NCBI GenBank assembly: GCA_038207085.1 | Contig: JBBRAE010000006.1 | Span: 88,184-152,183 of the forward strand | DNA length: 64,000 nt | Direction: 5' to 3' | Origin: Armatimonadota bacterium | GTDB taxonomy: Bacteria; Armatimonadota; UBA5829; DTLH01 | Part shown: positions 40,947 through 49,676 of the stretch, in pieces | Position numbering within the stretch: position 1 is the stretch's first letter | Layout: every line of letters begins with the position of its first letter | The notes under the pieces: generated by a model | Told to the model about the DNA's origin: nothing | The model's database searches: none | What the model saw: the letters and a program-made list of their open reading frames with translations, nothing else | Program-made: the position numbers and the translations under genes

Positions 40947-42107
40947 ATGGAAACTCCAGTTACAGACGGCATCCACGCGCTCCTTCCGCGCGAGCTGATG
41001 ACTCCGTCGGCTCGGAAGCTTCGCGATATCTATGCAATCACCCCCGATGCCCCAATCCTCCACCGCGAGTTCGGCTTCTACTGCCTTGATCGGTGGTACA
41101 ACGAAGGCCTGGGCCGAAGCGCTGACCTTGCCGAGGTGTTTGGTTACGACGCTCCCGGCGACCATGACCTGGGCGGCCTCGGCTGGTGCGAAGGCGGCTT
41201 CGTCCCTATCTTTGAAGACAAGATATTGGAGGACCGGGGAGAGCATGAGGTGATCCAAGACTTTGCGGGGAGAGGTGTGCTTGTCTTCAAAGGCAGGCGA
41301 AGCGGGTTTATGCCCGAGTATATAGATCATCCCGTGAAAGACATGGCAAGCTGGGTTGAGAAGTGCAAGTGGAGGCTTCAGCCCGACACTTCCGAGCGAT
41401 GGGACGGCTTCGACGGCCGAATGGCCACGGCAAAAGCCAATGCAGCCGACGGGATGATGATCGTCCAAGGGCTAGTCGGCGGCTACATGTATCTTCGGAG
41501 CCTCATTGGCCCAGAGCAGATCATGTACGCCTTCTACGATATGCCAGAGGTCGTCCACGACTGTATGAAGACCTGGTTTGAGCTCGCCGATGCCGTGAGC
41601 GCCCGCCATCAGGAGCATGTGACGGTCGACACTTTCTTCCTCGCCGAGGATATATGCTACAACCACGGCCTGCTTTGTTCCCCTGACACTATGAAGGAGT
41701 TTCTGCTGCCCTACTACCAGCAGCTCGTCGCCAACATCAAGAGCCGACAGATCGACAAAGCCCGCCACCTCTATGTACAGATAGACACCGACGGCCACGC
41801 TCATCCCGCTATCCCGATATACCAGGAGGCGATCGGAATGGACGCAATGGTCCCATTTGAAGTGGCATCGGGGTGTGACGTGGTCGAGATAGGCAGGGAG
41901 TATCCATCGCTGTTCATGGCTGGCGGGATCGACAAGAGAGTGCTCGCCCAGGGCAAAGATGAGATAGACCGAATGGTTGAGCGCATCATCCCGACACTGC
42001 GAAAGCGCGGCGGATTTATCCCCACATGCGATCACGGAGTGCCCGAAGAGGTCTCACTTGAGAACTATATGCATTATCGCAAGCGGTGTCTGGAGCTTGG
42101 TGGATAG
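40947..42107 (+). CDS. uroporphyrinogen decarboxylase (URO-D/MtaA-like) family protein
   Basis: AEDICYN, DTDG, GGIDKR and GGFIPTCDHGVP motifs; ATG after AGAGGA. Confidence 0.85.
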   Translation: METPVTDGIHALLPRELMTPSARKLRDIYAITPDAPILHREFGFYCLDRWYNEGLGRSADLAEVFGYDAPGDHDLGGLGWCEGGFVPIFEDKILEDRGEHEVIQDFAGRGVLVFKGRRSGFMPEYIDHPVKDMASWVEKCKWRLQPDTSERWDGFDGRMATAKANAADGMMIVQGLVGGYMYLRSLIGPEQIMYAFYDMPEVVHDCMKTWFELADAVSARHQEHVTVDTFFLAEDICYNHGLLCSPDTMKEFLLPYYQQLVANIKSRQIDKARHLYVQIDTDGHAHPAIPIYQEAIGMDAMVPFEVASGCDVVEIGREYPSLFMAGGIDKRVLAQGKDEIDRMVERIIPTLRKRGGFIPTCDHGVPEEVSLENYMHYRKRCLELGG

Positions 42108-42118
42108 CAAGAGTTGAG

Positions 42119-42148
42119 AAATGGGCGGACACCTTTGTTCGCCCATTT
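42119..42148. terminator. bidirectional hairpin between convergent genes
   Basis: AAATGGGCGGACA-cctt-TGTTCGCCCATTT. Confidence 0.7.
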
Positions 42149-42172
42149 TGCTTGGTCGCGCTATTTCAAGAG

Positions 42173-44035
42173 CTACTCGTCTACGAAGTAACGAACATTT
42201 GTGACGACGATATCGCGCCGGGTCATCATCGCAAGCTTGATCAGAAGCGACGACTGGTTGTGTAGCATCTTGTGCCACCACTTGCCGACAACGAACTCGG
42301 GCAAAACGACCGTGATTGTGTGATTGGGCCGATCTTTCTTTGCCTCGTCGACATACCTCAAGAGCTGATCGGTAATCGTCCGGTACGGCGACTCAAGGAT
42401 GACGAGCGGTATATCCAGCCCGAACTTAGGCCAGCGCTCTTTCAACATGGTCGACTCTATATCATCGACTTCGATGTAGAGCGCGCGGCAGTCGTCGGAG
42501 AGGCTCCGGGCATACTGCAGAGCCGGCAATATCCCCTTATGGATGCTTGAGACGAGCACAATGGAGGTCGACATCACCGGCTCGGGCTCCTCGAACTCTT
42601 CTTCTGTCAAGCGAAGCTTCTTGCCAAGCTCGATGTAGTGCCCGTGGATCCTGTAAAACACCCACACGAGAAACGGGATCACCAGGATGACGATAAACGC
42701 GCCATGGATAAACTTGGTTACAGCGATCACGAGAGCGACGACGCATGTGACCGATCCTCCAAAGAAGCTCAGCCCTGCTCGGGCGCGCCATCCCTTGTGC
42801 CTCGCGTTCGTCTGGCGCACACCCATACCGAACTGCGACAGGGTGAACGACACAAACACTCCAACGGCGTAGAGCGGGATCAGGCGGGTGGTGTCGCCGT
42901 GGAATATGACGATCAGAAGCGCCGCCACGAGTGCTAGCATCAGGATGCCGTTGGAGAAGGCGAGCTTGTCGCCCCGGTTCGCAAGCTGTCTCGGCGCGAA
43001 CCTGTCGCCCGCGAGTATGTAAGCGAGCCTAGGGAAGTCCTGGAACGCCGTATTAGCTGCTAGAATCAAGATTGCGGCGGTCGCGATCTGGATCGTATAC
43101 CAGAACCACCCGCGGCCAAACACCGTGCGCGCAAGCTGCGAGATCACCGTCTCATGCTCGGCTGGGAAGACGTGATATGCGTGGGCGAGGTAGGTGATAC
43201 CAAGCACGAGCACCGCGAGAATCGCGGCCATCCATGTCATGGTCGTCGCGGCGTTTTTCGACTCCGGCGGCCTGAACGCTGGGATTCCGTTTGCAATGGC
43301 TTCGATTCCGGTCAGCGCGGAACAACCACTTGCGAAGGCCCGCAGTATAAGAAACATACCCACGGTCTGAATCCCGCCGAAGTGGTGTCCTTCCGATTCG
43401 GCGAACCCCTTGGCCCAACCTGCCGGGTCGGCTACGACCGGAGTCACGTGCCCCGAAAACACCTTCATAAGCCCAACGACGATCAGTGTGCAAAGTGTTG
43501 CAACAAATACATACGTCGGCGGCGCAAATAGCGCGCCCGACTCTCTTACCCCTCGCAGGTTGATGAACGCTACGAAAAGCACGGCAAGCACACCCATCGC
43601 CGTGACGTGCTGCGCAAGCCCCGGGTCCAGTGATATAATAGCGGCGACCCCAGCGGCTACGGAAACCGAAACCGTCAGGGTATAGTCGGTGAGAAGCGAA
43701 GCAGCCGCGATCAATCCGTAGATAGTGCCGAGGTTCTCCTTGGCAACGGTGTAGCTGCCGCCGCCGCTTGGGTAGGCGAAGATCGTCTGACGGTAGGATG
43801 TCGCCACAATCGCGATCAAAATCGCAATCGCGCCTGCTATTGGAAGGGAGACTCCCCACGCGGCGCTTCCAATGACCATCAATGTCAGGAGAATTTCTTC
43901 GGTTGCGTATGCTACTGAGGATACCGCATCCGATGCGAAAACGGGCAGAGCCAAAAACTTGGGCAGCCGCTCGTGCATCTGCCGCGCGGTTGGCAGAGGC
44001 TTGCCGAGCAGCAGCCGCCTTATTCTTGCAAACAA
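42173..44035 (-). CDS. APC-family permease, KimA/YdaO-like potassium transporter
   Basis: SDAVSSVAYATEEIL, YPSGGGSY, ALTGIEAI.NG, SPYR and LHNQ motifs. Confidence 0.9.
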   Translation of the reverse strand: MFARIRRLLLGKPLPTARQMHERLPKFLALPVFASDAVSSVAYATEEILLTLMVIGSAAWGVSLPIAGAIAILIAIVATSYRQTIFAYPSGGGSYTVAKENLGTIYGLIAAASLLTDYTLTVSVSVAAGVAAIISLDPGLAQHVTAMGVLAVLFVAFINLRGVRESGALFAPPTYVFVATLCTLIVVGLMKVFSGHVTPVVADPAGWAKGFAESEGHHFGGIQTVGMFLILRAFASGCSALTGIEAIANGIPAFRPPESKNAATTMTWMAAILAVLVLGITYLAHAYHVFPAEHETVISQLARTVFGRGWFWYTIQIATAAILILAANTAFQDFPRLAYILAGDRFAPRQLANRGDKLAFSNGILMLALVAALLIVIFHGDTTRLIPLYAVGVFVSFTLSQFGMGVRQTNARHKGWRARAGLSFFGGSVTCVVALVIAVTKFIHGAFIVILVIPFLVWVFYRIHGHYIELGKKLRLTEEEFEEPEPVMSTSIVLVSSIHKGILPALQYARSLSDDCRALYIEVDDIESTMLKERWPKFGLDIPLVILESPYRTITDQLLRYVDEAKKDRPNHTITVVLPEFVVGKWWHKMLHNQSSLLIKLAMMTRRDIVVTNVRYFVDE

Positions 44036-44121
44036 AACTGTAGACCTCCGAGTCGTTCCACGAAATACCGAGCACCATCATCGCCGCGCAGTTATTTTCG
44101 CATTAAATATCGCTTGCGCTT

Positions 44122-44175
44122 AATGTAGCACAGGGGGTGTTAAGGGGTGCTAAACGTGGGAAGCTCGGGTGTTAA
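44122..44175 (-). promoter_or_regulatory. promoter with three phased direct repeats (putative KdpE boxes)
   Basis: TTAACACCC / TTAGCACCC / TTAACACCC at 44167, 44145 and 44135; extended -10 TGCTACATT. Confidence 0.65.
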
Positions 44176-44198
44176 GAAACTGTGTAGTTGGGAGATTT

Positions 44199-44897
44199 CT
44201 ACGAGGTTGCGAACCGGAAGCCGACCCCAGGTTCAGTCAGAATATACTTCGGGACTGACGGGTGAGGCTCGATTTTCTTCCTGAGGTGGCTGATGTGGAC
44301 GCGAAGTGTTTGGGTGTCGTCCCCATATTCCGGCCCCCAGACTGTCTGAAGTATCATCCTCGACGTGACGACGCAGTCGGGGTTTTGCGCAAGGAACGCG
44401 AGGATATCAAACTCGATCCGTGTGAGATCGAGTTCTTCTCCGGCTCTGGTGACTTTGCGCCGGGCGAAGTCGATCTCGATATCGTCTATGGCCAAAGTGG
44501 GGGTCGCCATTATGGTCGATGCTGAGCGCCTGAGCTGTGCCCGTACGCGAGCAAGGAGTTCACCGGCGGAAAACGGCTTGGTCAGGTAGTCGTCGGCTCC
44601 CGTATCGAGCGCAGTGATCTTGTCTGAGTCTCCGGCCCTTACGCTAAGCACCATGATCGGGCCGGTGTACCAGGTGCGAAGCTCGCGACAGACTTCGATG
44701 CCGCCAAGACCGGGCATAGCGATATCGAGAATCACCAGGTCAGGGCTGTGGTCTATTGCAAGGTCGATCGCCTTCTCGCCGTTTTCCGCGAGGATTACAT
44801 CGTATTTCCTGGTCGAGAGAATAGACTTGAGCGCGCGCCTGATCTGCTCTTCGTCATCGACCACAAGAATCTTTGCCGTTTTTTCTGGCGCGGTCAT
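44199..44897 (-). CDS. kdpE: KdpE-like OmpR-family response regulator
   Basis: receiver domain plus winged helix; VWGPEY...LRVHI..LRKKIE..PS.P.YILTEPGVGFRF. Confidence 0.88.
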   Translation of the reverse strand: MTAPEKTAKILVVDDEEQIRRALKSILSTRKYDVILAENGEKAIDLAIDHSPDLVILDIAMPGLGGIEVCRELRTWYTGPIMVLSVRAGDSDKITALDTGADDYLTKPFSAGELLARVRAQLRRSASTIMATPTLAIDDIEIDFARRKVTRAGEELDLTRIEFDILAFLAQNPDCVVTSRMILQTVWGPEYGDDTQTLRVHISHLRKKIEPHPSVPKYILTEPGVGFRFATS

Positions 44898-44901
44898 AAG
44901 C

Positions 44902-46482
44902 TTACACCTGCTCCTTTGGTAGAGATATTACCATTATTGCGCCGTGCGGAACAACGTCCTCCACCCAAATCCTGCCGCCGTGGAACCGGACGATCTCACG
45001 GGTGACGGCAAGACCGAGCCCTGTGCCGGACGGAACGCTGCCGGATGTGCTTCCGCGATAGAACTTCTCGAAAATGTGCTGCCTGTCCTGTGGAAGAATC
45101 CCAGGGCCTTGATCCTCCACCCAGATTCTGACTTCGGAAGGCGTCTGGCTGGCTCCGACCGTCACAGGGCTCCCCTCCGGGCTGTATGAAAGAGCGTTTT
45201 CGAGCAGGTTCTGGAGCGCGCGAGCCCATTGGGGGAAGTCCACGGCGATCATCGGCAGATCGTCGGGTAGATTATATAAAATCCTTCCCCGCAGTTTTTT
45301 GGGGAGTTTTGAAACGGCGGTCCCAAGAATCTCTCCAAACTCGTAGGGCTCTTTCTTTGGTTCCCAGGCCGATGCCTCAAGTCTTGAGAGGTCGAGAAGC
45401 GCGCCGATGCTGCTGTTTAGCCTGTGGAGGTCCTCTTCGATTGCGGAGAGTTCGCCCCGCACGTGAGTCTCGTCCCAGTCGACGTCCTGCTCAAGGAGGT
45501 TGCTCACAGTTGCTGTCACAGAGGCAAGAGGGGTCTTCAACTCGTGAGAGACCGACGACACCAGTGTTGACTTTAGCTTGTCCCCTTCACGCAGAGCTTC
45601 TGCCTGGACTGCAAGCGCCTCCAGCTGCTTTCTTTCAAGAAAAGCAGCCGATTGGTTCGCCACAGCTACCAAAAGCTGCGTGTCGCGAAGCGAATACGCC
45701 CGGCCGTTCACTCTCGCGCCGACATGCAGCACTCCCTCCTGCCTGGACGCTGTCTGAAGCGGAATAAAGATATCATCTTCGGCGATATCCAGCCCGGTGC
45801 TCCTCGGCAAGACGGATACCGGCCAGCCTCCGCGGTCGATGTCCGACTTTACGGAGGGAGTCGGCAGCCCGATCGCTTTTGATTCGCGGTGTGCCCACTG
45901 TGCGGCGTCTCGTGTCTGCTGCGGCTCCTGATCTTCGCGAATCGACCCCGTTTTGTCTGCAAGGAACAGTGTGACCTGTGAAGCGCCGGTTGTTCGTTTG
46001 ACTTCCCGGATCAAAAGGTCCGCCATAGCGGTAACGGTAGTGTCGGAAACGAGGTGAGCGCTGAACTCGTTTAGCAGGGCTGTCTCTCTCTGTCTGGCGA
46101 GGGCCTCCGCCTCCCGTTCCCGCATGCGTCCGGTCTGCATCCCCATGGAAATTCCTACTATGAGAAATGCAAGCAGGGATATCCAGTCTTTGGGGTCCTC
46201 GACGATAAACGTGTGAAAAGGCGGCAGAAAGAAGTAATTCCAGAAAAAGAATGCGAGCACCGCCGCAAGTAGCGCAGGTCGAACTCCGCTCAGGCCTGCC
46301 ACAAGCCCGATCAGGAGCAGATACAGAAGCGTCCACTGTCCCTTGGCGAAATACGCCCGGCCGGGGTAGAAAAGCGCGGTCGCCGCAGTGATGCAAAGCA
46401 CGGCAAATATGTAACCGTTGCGTTCAATTGTCGGTCGTAGTGATTTCAATATGCGCCAACTCGAAATGACATTAGATTCCAC
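44902..46482 (-). CDS. KdpD-like sensor kinase lacking the N-terminal KdpD/USP domains
   Basis: DUF4118-like TM region (WNYFFLPPFHTF), GAF-like region, SHELKTPL, HATPase GTGLGL. Confidence 0.85.
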   Translation of the reverse strand: MESNVISSWRILKSLRPTIERNGYIFAVLCITAATALFYPGRAYFAKGQWTLLYLLLIGLVAGLSGVRPALLAAVLAFFFWNYFFLPPFHTFIVEDPKDWISLLAFLIVGISMGMQTGRMREREAEALARQRETALLNEFSAHLVSDTTVTAMADLLIREVKRTTGASQVTLFLADKTGSIREDQEPQQTRDAAQWAHRESKAIGLPTPSVKSDIDRGGWPVSVLPRSTGLDIAEDDIFIPLQTASRQEGVLHVGARVNGRAYSLRDTQLLVAVANQSAAFLERKQLEALAVQAEALREGDKLKSTLVSSVSHELKTPLASVTATVSNLLEQDVDWDETHVRGELSAIEEDLHRLNSSIGALLDLSRLEASAWEPKKEPYEFGEILGTAVSKLPKKLRGRILYNLPDDLPMIAVDFPQWARALQNLLENALSYSPEGSPVTVGASQTPSEVRIWVEDQGPGILPQDRQHIFEKFYRGSTSGSVPSGTGLGLAVTREIVRFHGGRIWVEDVVPHGAIMVISLPKEQV

Positions 46483-46558
46483 ATCATACCGCTATATACT
46501 ACGCTTCGCAAGCCGAAATCTGCGTCCGGGGCAACGCTCACCCGTTGGCTAGTTGTTG

Positions 46559-46648
46559 TTGGGGTGGCGATTTCCGAATCACCACCCCAAAGCTAAGACG
46601 GGATTTCCGAATCCCGATTGGCGTAATGCAAGGCAATTGACCCACTAG
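46559..46648. repeat. double-hairpin repeat element, copy 1
   Basis: two hairpins sharing GATTTCCGAATC plus a 30-bp tail also found at 52422. Confidence 0.75.
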
Positions 46649-46878
46649 ATAAGAGTAAACTGGTAAGCTGCAGCCAAATGCGTAATCTATTGCTCCAATT
46701 TTGTGGATTAAGCAGGTGATGCACATTATTAATGTGAATAATAGTACCGATGACCGATTGACTAGTGGGCTCACAATTGAGAACATTAAGACAGTGTGTA
46801 GGAAGAGCGTTGGCACTCTGTAATGGAAGATTGTATGGCTGCAGATTATGAGGACGGCCAATCAACGGGAGGCGGGCG

Positions 46879-47568
46879 TTGGGTCAGTTTAGGAATAATC
46901 ACATCCGTATCGCGCTGGTCGGACACAGCGCGATGGTCAGGGAGTTGCTTGCTCACAATATCAATGAGCAGGAAGATATGTCCGTCGTCAGAGAAATGGG
47001 CGAGGTTGATGCCGCAAGCGTGGCTACTTTGGATGCCGAGATGGTGATCGTTGATCCGGCATCAATGGATGGTTCGGTTCTCCACGCTATAGCACTTGTC
47101 AAGTTGCTCAAGCCTCGGGTAAAGGTGGTCGCGCTCAGTGCGCAGAACGATCCGGATTCGTTCTTGTCCACAGTCCAAGCGGGGGTTGACGCCTATATCA
47201 TCAAGGATCGTCCGCTCGACCAGCTTATGCAGTCTCTTCGGGCTGTGCAAAGTGGGTTCTGCATATTCGACTGCGCCCTGTTCACAAGCGCGGTGAAACG
47301 AATGTTTGGGAAATCCTCAACTGACTGCAATGCCGACATATCCCAAAGACTCGATGTCGCGGGCCTCTCTGCACGTGAACGGGATGTGGCGCATCTATTG
47401 GCCAAAGGGCTAAGCAACAAGGATATCGCCACGGCTCTCGGCATAAGCATCAGCACCACCAAGACCCACGTCAGCAGGGTGTTTGAGCGCCTGGGGGTGT
47501 CCTCGCGGCGCGAGATGCTGCCCAAACTCTACAGGTTATCTGACAGTCCGGGTTTTGGCGACGACTGA
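46879..47568 (+). CDS. NarL/LuxR-family response regulator with atypical receiver
   Basis: LSARERDV...GLSNKDIA..L.ISISTTKTHV HTH; N-terminal acidic pair absent. Confidence 0.88.
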   Translation: MGQFRNNHIRIALVGHSAMVRELLAHNINEQEDMSVVREMGEVDAASVATLDAEMVIVDPASMDGSVLHAIALVKLLKPRVKVVALSAQNDPDSFLSTVQAGVDAYIIKDRPLDQLMQSLRAVQSGFCIFDCALFTSAVKRMFGKSSTDCNADISQRLDVAGLSARERDVAHLLAKGLSNKDIATALGISISTTKTHVSRVFERLGVSSRREMLPKLYRLSDSPGFGDD

Positions 47569-47594
47569 CGTTTTTTTTGTTACGTCAGTCGTCG
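47559..47594. terminator. hairpin between convergent genes
   Basis: CGACGACTGACGT/ACGTCAGTCGTCG stem. Confidence 0.65.
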
Positions 47595-47705
47595 TGTCAC
47601 TTCTGTATCGCTGTTGTCGTCCGTCTATCAGCCCAACCGTTTCGTCCGCAGGAAAATCTGCCCCTCACGCTCAGTGGCAAGCCAGTCGCAGACGCCGCCG
47701 CCTGG

Positions 47706-49343
47706 TTACTTCAGGCGGGTGATTGCTACGTTTGTTATGCTGTTCCCCTTGATCTGGTTCTTGAGATCGATTATCGGCATCGAGTTGGCATACTGATCAG
47801 AAGCAAGCTTGGTCTGCTGCATCCATGCGAAGTTCGGCGTCGGTTGGCTGTTTGGAACGCCGTCCAGGTCCACGTGGCCTATGTTCACGCCGATGAAGTC
47901 GCGCCCGGACAGGCTTGAGTCGGTGTTCTCATCGAACTTTCCGTTTAGCAGCATTCTGATATTGTAGCCGGTAGGGGTCTTTTCTCCCGTGACGGAGGCA
48001 GCTTTTGCCATGCCCTGTCCGAGCCAGGGGATGAGATCGACTTTGAATTCTGGGTTATCTGTGACCGTGATGCAGGTCTGGTGAACTTCTGAGTCGACCC
48101 CGATGTCCCCGAAGCGCTCAGTCGGCCTAAAGTCGAGCCAAAACGTTATTCCGTCCCGTCCCCAAGGCCAGATGTAGTCGCTCCTGATCTCTGAATCTGT
48201 GACCTGTGCCTCGAACAGGAGCCCATTGCCCTGCCTCGATATCTGCCACTTGGCTTCGGTTTTGCCTTCAGGGCGGTTTGTCGGTGAGGTGATCACTCCT
48301 GCGATCTTGTTGTGCTCAAAGTGCATCACGCGGGTCCTGCAGAGGTCGACGACATAGATCGAGCGTGATACGCCGTCTGTGAGATCTATAATTACGTCGT
48401 CTGATTCGCCGTTCTCGAGGGTCGCAATTTCTTTTGGCAAGCTAATCGCCCAGGTGTCGCTTCCGTTGAGTTTGAGAGTCTCCTGCCCGCGCATACTTCT
48501 GCAACTCCAGGTTGCTATGACGGTTGTCGGGTGGGGGCTCGTGACGCGAAGCGTGAGCTTTCTTTCATCTGGTGCAAGGGTCTTTGATGCAAGGGTGATG
48601 TCTATAGGAAGACTTGGCTCGGGGTTGGTGCTTACCTGCCTTTGTCCGCTCGGCTCATCCCAAAGGTTCAGGTGCTTAAAAAAAGTGCTCGCAATCTGGT
48701 ACTCGCCGAGGGAAGAAGGGTGGATTCCATCCCGGCGGTACACTTGGGTCGCAGGGAGCTTCTCTTGCGCTGCTTCCATCTCCTCTGACACCGGCAGATA
48801 GAGCACGCCTTCCTGTTCTGAAAGCTTGATGATTTCCTCTGTGCAGCGGGTGAGGAATGCCCGGGTGCCGGCGAGGTCGGCGTGGTTGCGCTCGTCAGTC
48901 AGGGTGGGGGACATCACAATGACTGTCATGCCCCTTTCTTTGGTGGAGCGAACCATCTTGCGCAGACTGCTGATGTAATCGGCAATATACGGCTCCGCCT
49001 GCTCTCCGACTCTGCAGGGCGCGTGGGTGGAGTGGTTCATCGCCGACATAATGCTCACGACCGTGGGGCGATCGGTCTTTGCGGCTTTTTCAAACTCAGA
49101 GGCGGTCGCTCCGATCAGCGCGCCGGATATGCCGATGTTAATCACCCTGACCCCTGATTCGGGATGGAAATGTCGTATGACTCGATCAAGGGTCCGCCGA
49201 TAGGTGTCGGCGTTGGTTATGCTGTCCCCTGTGCAGACCCACACGTCACCTTTCTTCAAAAAGCCGGGTGCTGTGTCTGAGTGGGCTGCTACGGTGAGTG
49301 TTATGGCCATAAGGGTGAGTGCTGTTATTAGTAAACCAGTCAA
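47706..49343 (-). CDS. secreted SGNH/GDSL hydrolase with C-terminal CBM9-like domain
   Basis: signal peptide; GDSIT, N.GISG and DGIHP motifs; C-terminal VTD...W.RDG...LD pattern. Confidence 0.82.
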   Translation of the reverse strand: MTGLLITALTLMAITLTVAAHSDTAPGFLKKGDVWVCTGDSITNADTYRRTLDRVIRHFHPESGVRVINIGISGALIGATASEFEKAAKTDRPTVVSIMSAMNHSTHAPCRVGEQAEPYIADYISSLRKMVRSTKERGMTVIVMSPTLTDERNHADLAGTRAFLTRCTEEIIKLSEQEGVLYLPVSEEMEAAQEKLPATQVYRRDGIHPSSLGEYQIASTFFKHLNLWDEPSGQRQVSTNPEPSLPIDITLASKTLAPDERKLTLRVTSPHPTTVIATWSCRSMRGQETLKLNGSDTWAISLPKEIATLENGESDDVIIDLTDGVSRSIYVVDLCRTRVMHFEHNKIAGVITSPTNRPEGKTEAKWQISRQGNGLLFEAQVTDSEIRSDYIWPWGRDGITFWLDFRPTERFGDIGVDSEVHQTCITVTDNPEFKVDLIPWLGQGMAKAASVTGEKTPTGYNIRMLLNGKFDENTDSSLSGRDFIGVNIGHVDLDGVPNSQPTPNFAWMQQTKLASDQYANSMPIIDLKNQIKGNSITNVAITRLK

Positions 49344-49676
49344 TTGAGTTTCCTTTCCAACTCTTTATATGGTGTACACTTCGAGAAGTCCTGTGATTTC
49401 CCTTCTTCTGAACTCCAGTGAGTCCTGAGACAGTGGCTAGGTTCGGTGTCCATTTCGTCGCCTCTCCTCGCGATGGGGCGACAGATCCCCAAACTGCCCA
49501 TTAGTGGGCGAAGGTGCCTGCTGAGGGAAGCAATTTCTTTGGGTATCAACGAAGGATATTCCATTGGTCGGGGATAACTCCTCCTAGGATGGCCGGATGC
49601 TAAATGTTTCAAAGCTCAGGTCCCATACCGGAGCTTCTGATGCAAGGAGCAGTCACGCAGTCACAAGGAGTAGGAC

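Noticed and set aside
46538..46865. Short ORFs in the spacer between the kdpD-like and LuxR-family genes
   Set aside because: AT-rich intergenic sequence overlapping a repeat element, with no coding signature.
49345..49670. Possible riboswitch in the SGNH/GH42 divergent spacer
   Set aside because: Only isolated small hairpins; no known aptamer consensus recognised by eye. An Rfam scan would settle it.
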